Shown: positions 54,609 to 64,000 of the stretch, piece by piece
Layout of the letters: every line of letters starts with the position of its first letter
Position numbering within the stretch: the first letter of the stretch is position 1
Origin: Octopus sinensis
Taxonomy: Eukaryota
Assembly: GCF_006345805.1 (NCBI RefSeq)
Contig: NC_042997.1
Span: 69,688,001 to 69,752,000 of the forward strand
DNA length: 64,000 nucleotides
Reading direction: 5' to 3'
The notes under the pieces: generated by a model
Told to the model about the DNA's origin: nothing
The model's input: the letters and a program-made list of their open reading frames with translations, nothing else
The model's database searches: none
Translations under genes and position numbers: made by a program

Positions 54609-55430
54609 CAGGGTGCGATGAATAAGCTGTCATCTAAATTACGCAAAAATGAAAATAACACTGACATCTCATTTTAACAGATATATTTACCAAAATTGCA
54701 GAAAAATATCTTGAAATACTGAAGAGTAAATTTATTCAATAAAATCGCCATTGGCTTCAGGCACGGCCTCCAGACGACTTCGGAATCGCCTGCCATAATC
54801 CTTGCCTTCAGTTCATCTTTGGTGTTACTAGGAGTTTTGTTGGTCTCTCGTTCAAATGTGTCCCACACATAATAATCAAGGGCGGTGCAGTCTGGGGAGT
54901 TAGGTGACCAGATGTTAGGGGTGATGTGGTCACAGAAATTGTCTGACAACCATTACTGGGTTCTCCTGCTTGTGTGGAATGGTACAGAGTCCTGTTGCCA
55001 GACATAGGGTCTTCCAGCAGCTACCCTCTTGGCCCAGGGCAGCGCTACCTCCTTAATGTAGGCCTCCGTGTTTAGTCTGAGGCTATATGGGAAGATGAAT
55101 TGAAGCATAACGTCGCCATCAATAGTGATCACTTCAAACCTCATGACTGGATGTTTGAATTTTATCGCTCTCATGTCGCCAGATTGCACTGTTTTCAGAT
55201 TGACACTCAAACAATCTGAAATGTTCGTATTGGAGCTTCCGGCTCGAATGCCAAGCAGTACAACATGTCGTTTCCAAATTTGTGGCAAAGTGAATTACGT
55301 CATGGTGCTGTTTTTCTCTTAGATGGTGCCCAGCTGAGCCTACTACGCTGTGTAGTCGACAAAATCAAAAATAATGTGCGTGCGCGACATAGAAAATATA
55401 AAATGGCGACAATTTACCCATCGCACCCTG
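54609..55430 (-). mobile_element. Internally deleted Tc1/mariner DNA transposon, DD37D (maT-like), in Lhx2/9 intron 2
   Basis: TIRs begin CAGGGTGCGATG at both ends with TA flanks. The minus-strand transposase remnant reads WQQD-SVPFHTSRRTQ*WLSDNFCDHITPNIWSPNSPDCTAL-DYYVW, with 37 residues between the last two catalytic Asp. It has an in-frame stop, and the first-Asp region is missing. Length 822 bp. Confidence 0.9.
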
Positions 55431-55664
55431 TATATATATATATATATATATATAGTTTATTATTTGTACTGAGCACTGATTCTCACATTTCTAAATACAA
55501 ACGCACACAGACACTGGCATATACATATTAGCAAAATATTTTTCTTTAATGTATGCAATATACTGTTACTTTAGATTTGCCAGATCAATTTTATAAAAAG
55601 TAGCAAAATTGTATGGGAATGAAGCACAAAATTAAAAAAAAATATTTGCTAATAAATTAAAAAT

Positions 55665-56075
55665 AGGCGCAGGCGTGGCTGTGTGATAAGCTTGTTCTCA
55701 ACTACATGTTTCCAGGTTCTGTCCCACTGCGTAGCACCTTGGGCAACTGTCATCTATATCCTTGGGCTGGCCAAAGCCTTGTGAATGGATTTGGTAGATG
55801 GAAATTGAAAGAAGCCCGTATTATCTATACATGTGTGTGTTTGATGTGTGTGTGTGTGTGTGTGTATGCGTGTGTGCGTGTATCTATGCATGTGTCTTTT
55901 TGTGTCTGCGTTTGTACCCTCACCACCGCTTTACGACTGGTGTTGGTGTACTTGTGCCCCCGTAATAAAGCGGTTCAGCAAAAGAGACCGATGGAATAGA
56001 TACTGGCTCGTTTCATTCGACGAAAGATTCAAGGCAGTACTCCAGCATGACTGAATAAAAGATAAGAAAAGAATA
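55665..56075 (+). mobile_element. tRNA-head SINE family B
   Basis: AGGCGCAGGCGTGGCTGTGTG head, central (TG)n and AGCGGTTCAGCAAAAGAGACCGAT...CTCCAGCATGACTG tail, matching 16991-17525. Confidence 0.85.
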
Positions 56076-56538
56076 TATATATAAGGCTTGCTAGTTGGTG
56101 CGATCTAATTTACTTAGTTGGGGATTTAATATAGTATACGATAAGATTCCAATGACCTTTGAAACTTTAAATTTTAATATAGTAAATTTGCGTGAATTAA
56201 AAATAAAATAATGACGTATAGTCCCTGTAACTGGAAAAGCAAGTTAACCGGGTATCCACTGTCAACTGAGTGAAGAAAACAAGCATCACACAGGACAGGT
56301 ATCAAGGATTCACACATTACAGTTAAGCATACGATGCAAGATTTAAAGGGAAGTTTGAATTAGCTTATACAGAATTAGTCATATTAGCAAATATCTGACG
56401 TTCATAGGATCGGTTTTACATCAAGGAATATGATAGCGACGGTATTTCTATTGTCTTGAATGTACATGCGCATTCACACATCATCGTTAATTTCTAATTT
56501 TGATATTTCAATATACCTATTTCTGTTCTCTTACCTAG

Positions 56539-56747
56539 GACTTGGTCACGATGGACTCGATCGATCCACAGACCATCTGGATAGAGACACATACCAGAAT
56601 GCACCGCGGCAAAAACGGATGAGAACTTCGTTCAAGCATCACCAGCTGAGAGCTCTTAAGTCATATTTTGCAGTCAACCATAATCCAGATGCAAAGGATT
56701 TAAAGCATCTGGCACAGAAAACAAATCTTACAAAACGTGTTTTACAG
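56539..56747 (+). CDS. Lhx2/9: Lhx2/9 coding exon: homeodomain helices 1-2 and start of helix 3
   Basis: Acceptor TTCTCTTACCTAG| at 56538, and G+GA gives Gly in phase. Encodes KRMRTSFKHHQLRALKSYFAVNHNPDAKDLKHLAQKTNLTKRVLQ, the diagnostic Lhx2/9 homeodomain. Donor CAG|GTAAGG at 56747/56748 (phase 0). Confidence 0.97.
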
Positions 56748-57128
56748 GTAAGGCATTAATATTGAAATTTATCTTTTATTTTAATTCATATCAACTTTTA
56801 AAAAACAATGAATTGTCCTTTTCTATAAACTGAAGCCGCCATCAAACATTTTTCCAAATTGCACACGTTTTATCGATGAACCAACGCTTTGAACGATAAT
56901 ATATAATGCCAGTATATATTTGACAGCAATTTCTTAAATAGTCATAATGCCGAAAATTTGTTGTGATGGGAACAGTTCCTTTATCGTATTTAGAAGGATG
57001 ACATGTAAAGATGATCATGGCAGATTCGAACATAAAGGGTCGGAACAAAAACTGCAAGGCATTTTGTCCGTCGTTCTAACAACTGTGTCAATGTATAACC
57101 TAATATCGCATGGCATATGGTCATCAAT

Positions 57129-57292
57129 TTTGGAAGAAGAGTTAGTCGATTAGGCTACTGATTTTGTCGACCCTGAAATGATGAAAGGCAAAATCGACCT
57201 AATGAGGAATTTGAACGCAGAATGTAAAGATGGATGAAATGCCGTTAAGCATTTTGCCTGGCGTGCTAACGATTCTGCCAGCTCGACGCCTT
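57129..57292 (-). mobile_element. SINE family A in Lhx2/9 intron 3
   Basis: GAAAGGCAAAATCGACC..GAATTTGAACGCAGAA...GCGTGCTAACGATTCTGCCAGCTCGACGCCTT is the reverse complement of the family head and core. Confidence 0.85.
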
Positions 57293-57501
57293 AATTGTTC
57301 TCTAAATATTGAAAGTCAGAGAATGATATTAGTGTATGTTATGAAGGCCATACATACATTGGTATGCTTTTAGAAGTAACTCTTGCAAGCGAGTTCTTCG
57401 TGATGTATTTCTGCTCGTGTGTTTGTGAGTGAGGATTCATATGAGTGTTTTTAATACTCACACCTAATCTTCAATCATTTTATTTTTATCATTTCAATTA
57501 G

Positions 57502-57774
57502 GTTTGGTTCCAAAATGCAAGAGCGAAGTATCGAAGAAATTGTCAAAAGCAAGACCAAGATAGAGTCCCAGGAAATGGTCAGTCAGGACTCACACCCTCT
57601 AACCAAAGTAGCGAAAATGGAAGCAACTCGGAAATCCAGACAGTTGGAGATTTATCAAACGAACGATCGCCTGGTTTATCCGATATTAGCTCAACTCCAT
57701 CTTTACAAGGAAGTTGCCTCGATTCAGATCAGTCAAACAGCCTTTCTGATTTCCTGTCGGGAAATTTTGCATAA
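57502..57774 (+). CDS. Lhx2/9: Lhx2/9 terminal coding exon: recognition helix VWFQNARAKYRRN, Ser-rich tail and TAA stop
   Basis: Acceptor ATCATTTCAATTAG| at 57501. Translates VWFQNARAKYRRN...SLSDFLSGNFA* (90 aa + stop). This frame has no ATG of its own, so it is absent from the ORF track. Confidence 0.96.
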   Translation, partial: VWFQNARAKYRRNCQKQDQDRVPGNGQSGLTPSNQSSENGSNSEIQTVGDLSNERSPGLSDISSTPSLQGSCLDSDQSNSLSDFLSGNFA

Positions 57775-58074
57775 AGAGGGTATTATTGAAAGAAAATTAA
57801 GTACATACACACTTTATAAAGACTACGCACTCCAGATGGTGTACTCAAGTACCTATTGTGTACTTCTGACAAAAAGTTTGCAATTCAATGAGCAATTGCA
57901 AATTAAATTAACAAGGAGAAAATATAAGAATTATAAACCCAATATATGTACGCTATATATATATATATATGTATACACGCTTACATACATAATACATATA
58001 TATATATATATATGTATATGTATATATATATACACACACACAAACATAATGAAGCACTAATGATGCTAAAGTAA

Positions 58075-58102
58075 TTATGACAATAACAATGATAACGTTG
58101 AC

Positions 58103-58142
<40 letters not shown>

Positions 58143-58291
58143 GGGATGATAATGATGTCGATGTTGATGATGATGAGGTTGTTGATAATAAATGATAATA
58201 AAAGTAATTATGGCGATGACGATGATGAAAATAACGTTGGCGATAATGACAACGTTGATGACGGCAAAGATGATGATCTTGGTGAGGATGG

Positions 58292-58331
<40 letters not shown>

Positions 58332-58345
58332 AAGGAGGAGGAGGA
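58075..58345. repeat. (GAT)n-based compound repeat downstream of the Lhx2/9 stop; representative of dozens of (TA)n, (CA)n, (TACA)n, (GATA)n and (GAT)n tracts across the window
   Basis: Directly visible. Confidence 0.97.
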
Positions 58346-58557
58346 AGAGAAAATGGAAAACGATCAAGATAATAATATAGCAATTACACAAAGTTAAAAG
58401 TTGTTACTCACACACACAGGCACACACATATACACACATGTAGAACTTACTAGAAGTGATGTACAACTTTATATATTAAGAAAAAGGAGATTGTTCAAAA
58501 TTTTGACTACCACTTTTTCCTTAATATATACATACATACATACATACATACATGCGC

Positions 58558-58594
<37 letters not shown>

Positions 58595-58645
58595 ATATTA
58601 TATATATATATACATATATATATATATAATATATATATATATATA

Positions 58646-58682
<37 letters not shown>

Positions 58683-59432
58683 TTGAATGTATATATGTAT
58701 GTATTTATGTACAGTTGATGCATAAGTTGGCAGATTAGCATATAAGTTCCCTCTGCACATTCTTAATACTAGAAAGAAATGCAATATAAGATACAGATAT
58801 TGTTAAAATTAAGAAAACAAATACATTAACAAACCAAAATAGACACAGATTACCAAGGAAGACCATTATCATGTTTGATACATCAGCAGTATACATATAC
58901 TAAAAGCTGCAACAAGACATACTTGAAACTAGAGTGAAACAAACCTCAAACTGTAAACAGACTATTTTATTATGAACAAAAACTAGATATAAATAAGGTA
59001 ACACAGTGGCTTTGTATGAAAAGAAATGTAAAAAAAATAAAAATAAAAATAAAGGTTATTATTGTACTAACTATACTGATGATGATGATGATAATGACGA
59101 CAACCTCATTAATCATGTACAAATTGATAATAATGAAAACAATGAGGATTATAAATAAAGTTGAAGACGATAATATTATCGATGATGATGGTGGTGATGA
59201 TGATGATGATGATGATAATGACGCTGATGATGATGATGATGATGATGAGGAGGAGGATGATCACGATGATGGTGACGACTACGACTACGATGGTGAAGTG
59301 TACAAAATAGGGTAAAATAAAATAAACTGTTATTTCGCTATGGAAAAGAAAAGACTGGAAATATATATTTACACACATTGTAACACCTACAGATTTACAA
59401 CTACACACGCACTTGTACGCGCATATATTGCT

Positions 59433-59481
<49 letters not shown>

Positions 59482-59517
59482 TAGAAACACACGTACACGC
59501 ACACATATGTGTGTGTG

Positions 59518-59604
<87 letters not shown>

Positions 59605-59792
59605 TTTGTGTGTGTGTGTGTGTGTTATATGTTATATGGTTTGCACGTATATGATCAAACACATGCAAGCAGGTTCTCCGAAATCTGAACGTTGTGGGCA
59701 TCGTGCATAATGATATTCTCGAGTTCGCAGGATCTGTACCCCGAGAAATCAGTGGCTGGAATTTTACATCCAAAGGTTGTTTTAAAAATCAC

Positions 59793-59892
<100 letters not shown>

Positions 59893-60699
59893 TCACGCAT
59901 TAACACATACGAACACATGTATGTATTTATATTTAAAATAATAGACATTTAAAAGCTCTTCTTAGATTAATAACACTACTTTACATTGTATATCTCTCCT
60001 GTTGGCCACAATATAAGACCCGGACACCATATGAACATAACTAAACCACTCATTGTTCTCAAAAATGCATTTATAAATTGATAATGAGAATTGCATAGGC
60101 ACACACGCAAACATTTATTATATGTACAGATAAAATTCACGTGTATGTTCTCTGTGTGTCTTAGTATTTGTGAATATATATATATATAAAAAAAAGCACG
60201 TGGTTGTACGTCTTTATGTAGGTATCAAGTAGGTAACTAGTTGTATATACATGACAGCGCTTAGAGATGCGTGCGTACTTTTGCGTATGTTTGGTCTTAA
60301 CAAAGTCTGAGTGAGAGAGAAAGAGAGAGGAGGGGAGAAAGAGAGAGAGAGAGAGGGGAGAAAGAGAGAGTATCCAGTTATTAAAGGAGAGACTATACAC
60401 TCTTTTATTAGAAACTGCTGCACAAGTGACACAAAGGACTACAGTTTAGTGCGAAGACATGAAAACTAAGTATTTTGGCACAAAACCCTGGATACCTGAG
60501 TAAAATGAATAGCAATAGTTACGTATATGTGTGTAAATCAGTGACTCAGGGTCTGAGAGTTTCGTGCGTTGGCACTTATCAAATAGATGTTAATAAAAAT
60601 ATACTTGTACTCATATTTTGGGTTCTATTTTTCCTGTTTGCATCAACATACCTGTATATATACATACTTACATTTATATATGCATTCATACATACATCC

Positions 60700-60731
<32 letters not shown>

Positions 60732-60754
60732 TATATACATATATCCATACATAC

Positions 60755-60824
<70 letters not shown>

Positions 60825-60841
60825 CATATATCCATACATAC

Positions 60842-60880
<39 letters not shown>

Positions 60881-61842
60881 TGTTGTGCCTGGGGAGACTC
60901 ATTCTTTTTTGGTGATTTATAATTTAGCACACTCACCGGTAAAATTTCCACTTCTTTCTTCATTATTTTAAAAATATTTTACTAACATTTTCGTTGCGTC
61001 TTGCAACCTTTTCGATAGTTTCGAGAATCAAAACTATTGAAAAGGTTGCAAGACAGAAAGAAAATTTTAGAAAAGTTTCATGAAATAGAAAAGAAATAAG
61101 TGGAAATTTTACCGTTGAGTGTGTTAAATCATAAGACACCAAGAAAGAATGACTATCCCCAGACACAAACAGAACATGCTTCAACACACGAACTCACATA
61201 AAGAACCTTGCAAACAGTATATTATATATATATGTATATATAAATATGTAAGTACATATAATATATATATGTATATATGCATACATACATATAGATATAT
61301 TTGTGCGTGTATAGATGTATATATATGTAAGTCTCCCTCTCTATACATATGTAAGTATGCGTGACTATATATATATATTAATATATATATATATATGCAT
61401 GTGTTCCTGTATTTGCCTTATGCGTGTGTATATTACTTTTTTTGTGCATAGCTCAGTATGTTTGTGGGAGTGTGTTTGTGTATATCTATGAAGTTGCTTT
61501 TTTTTTTAATAATTGTAAGAATATATCGACGCAGTAACGCAATAATCCATACCAATGCCATACAAATTCATACCATACATACCATGCCAAACTGGAAACT
61601 AACCAACGTGACAAAAAAAAAAAAAAAAGATAAGGAGATCACGAAAGAGAGAGATGTAATAATGATACAAATTATTAATTAAACAGAATAAAATGAATGA
61701 ATAAAGAAAAAGTAATCCAATCCGAAAGAATGACTCGTTTTATATTTTCTGTATGTTGACAATTTTCGTGAAGTTTGTATAAAAGTTTTTCATTTCTTTC
61801 CCTATTATATTACAAATATGTGTACATGAGTGCATGTATGTA

Positions 61843-62040
61843 CGAGGGGATGCTGAGAAGGTCTTCGCTTAAAGGGTATCACGAAAAGCCTGATTGGAGG
61901 TCCAGCTTTCCGAGTTCTTTTACAGGGCAGAGAAAAACTGGAGGACCGTTAAGTGTGTGGATCTGAGAGAGGAATATGCTGAATAAAATCCTGTATTTTC
62001 TATTACCCACAACCAGGAATTTTTCAACACCCCACCCACG
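61843..62040. mobile_element. Mariner-type MITE (about 198 bp), TA-flanked
   Basis: Left end TA|CGAGGGGATGCTGAGAAGG and right end CCAGGAATTTTTCAACACCCCACCCACG|TA are imperfect TIRs. The interior is homologous to 8973-9185. Confidence 0.75.
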
Positions 62041-62060
62041 TATATCTCTACACAGACATA

Positions 62061-62094
<34 letters not shown>

Positions 62095-62095
62095 A

Positions 62096-62415
62096 GAGTA
62101 AGGGCCCTTTCGGTCATAAATGACCATGGGATTTTACCTAGAAAGTTCACCTCAGAGGCACAATTCCAGGCAAGGTTGTCTATGGAAGACCAGCAATCGC
62201 CCATGCATACCCGTTTCCCCTCTCCACGCCACTGATGTTATCCAAAGGAAAGGCAAAGACTGATACAGTTTGGCACCAGTGACATCGCGACTCATTTCTA
62301 CAACTGAGTGAACTGGAGCAACGTGAAATAAAGTGTCTTGCTCAAGAGCACAACACAACACACAACTCGGTCCGGAAATTGAACTCACTACCTTTAATTA
62401 CTGAGACATGCGCCT
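62096..62415 (-). mobile_element. tRNA-head SINE family C, near full length
   Basis: Head homologous to 37190-37345 and 53545-53715 (all minus strand). The 3' part is homologous to a + strand fragment at about 49610-49700 (ATGGCGTGGAGAGGGG). Confidence 0.8.
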
Positions 62416-62650
62416 TCACTTATATATATGTGTGTGTATGCGTGTGTGTGTGTGAGTGTGTATGTATGTGGGTGTGTGTGCATGTGCGCGCGTGTGTGTA
62501 CCGTTTTATTTCAGGCAATTACATAAACCAGTGGCGTTTGAAATGTTTCAAAGTTATTCATGAGATGCATTTTGTTACAACGAGATATTTTGAAAAATTA
62601 CCTTTTTTTTAATCTTCTGCAAAATAAATGCCTACTTAGGTTTATATAAA

Positions 62651-62700
<50 letters not shown>

Positions 62701-62759
62701 TATATACATATATGTATGTATGTATGTATGTATATATGTATGTATGTATGTATGTATGT

Positions 62760-62810
<51 letters not shown>

Positions 62811-64000
62811 TGAGAAAGTGGCAGACAGATAGCTTGGGAGATAGATATAATGATATAAATATACATATATATATATATATATATACATAAATATATATGT
62901 ACTTATCTTTTATACATAAAAATAAATATATATATCTATGTACATGTGTGTGCGTGTTTGTGAGTGTGTGTGTTTATATGTATGTGTGTGCATACCTGAT
63001 AAATTAAAAGGTGTTTTATAAGTAATGAATAGTTATAAAACATTTTCAAAACGAAGGAAAACACTCGTTGGTATGCTTGTCGGTATCTTGACATGAAAAT
63101 GTATGACCTTCCTCTTGATCAATTAATTTCATACATATGCAACCAGGATTACCCAATAGCATGAACAATTGAATGCATCATTGATGCAGTTTCAGCAAAT
63201 ATATTTCAATATTTTACAAGACATCTGGAAATAATGTGTTTTGACACTAATAATCTAATCTACTCGAATAATATTTTTTCTGAAATAGTAATATTAGTTA
63301 TGGAAATATACATAAAAGAAGTACTGCATACAGTAATTAATTCATGCATCAACGCAGTATATTTGGGACTAAAATTGTAAAGTGAGTTTATTAAACATAT
63401 TCTTAGCATACTTGTAAGATAAAAACATCGCGTGAGAACAAGATTTTCGTCAACTGTAGAGGACGGTCGGAGAGACATGTTTCAGCTTCGTTAAACACTC
63501 GTCAGATTTCGTTACTATATTCACAATCACATTTGCTTTCGACACTGGTTCTCAAACATTTTGTTTTTGTGGTACACTTTTGACTACGAAAATTGTGTAT
63601 GTAAAGTGGAAATTTAAAAGCAAAATCTTTATTTTAAAGTTAAAACTTTGAAAAAGTATAGAAGTATTTTGCTTGAATTTTTGTTCTATTTATCATATTT
63701 GTGTATAACAAAATTATGAACAATTCCAAGACGCTCTTACATTAGTATGGACTCTCGGGATTATACATTAGTTTATGTTAGTTCTCTACTAGTTCTTCCA
63801 TGTGACATTATTTAATCTCTTTTATTTCTAAATTTTTTGCTATGAAGGATTTTACTTCTGTCGTTAGTGTTCTCGTCTCTCTACAACAATACAAAGTTAC
63901 AAACTTCACTAAATGATTTTTAATGGCGTGGGTCATTACTAGTTCGTTCATGTGCTTGATATTATTTATTTTATATTCTATTCTACCAATACTTTTAGCA

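Overview
Microsatellite-saturated, AT-rich animal genomic DNA, most likely an octopus or other coleoid cephalopod (inferred from the (TA)n/(CA)n/(GATA)n/(AAT)n landscape and the SINE families, not proven). The only protein-coding gene I can support is a + strand LIM-homeobox gene of the Lhx2/9 (apterous) class. It has four visible coding exons (27481/27517-28259, 34121-34458, 56539-56747, 57502-57774) joined by GT-AG introns of 5861, 22080 and 754 nt whose phases (2, 1, 0) are mutually consistent. The product is 532 aa from the ATG at 27481, or 507 aa from the ATG at 27556. A strong splice acceptor at 27516 suggests an unidentified upstream exon. The rest of the window is simple repeats, at least three tRNA-head SINE families, an internally deleted DD37D (maT-type) Tc1/mariner element, mariner-type MITEs, an R4/Dong-like LINE fragment, Penelope-like ends and two fold-back elements. 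Almost all other ORFs in the supplied track are microsatellite artefacts. I found no clearly new multi-gene system. The best leads are RNA-level: two ~94%-identical inverted young SINEs bracketing the LIM1 exon (circRNA/ADAR geometry), a 77-bp near-perfect intronic hairpin, and a minimal hammerhead-ribozyme-like motif.
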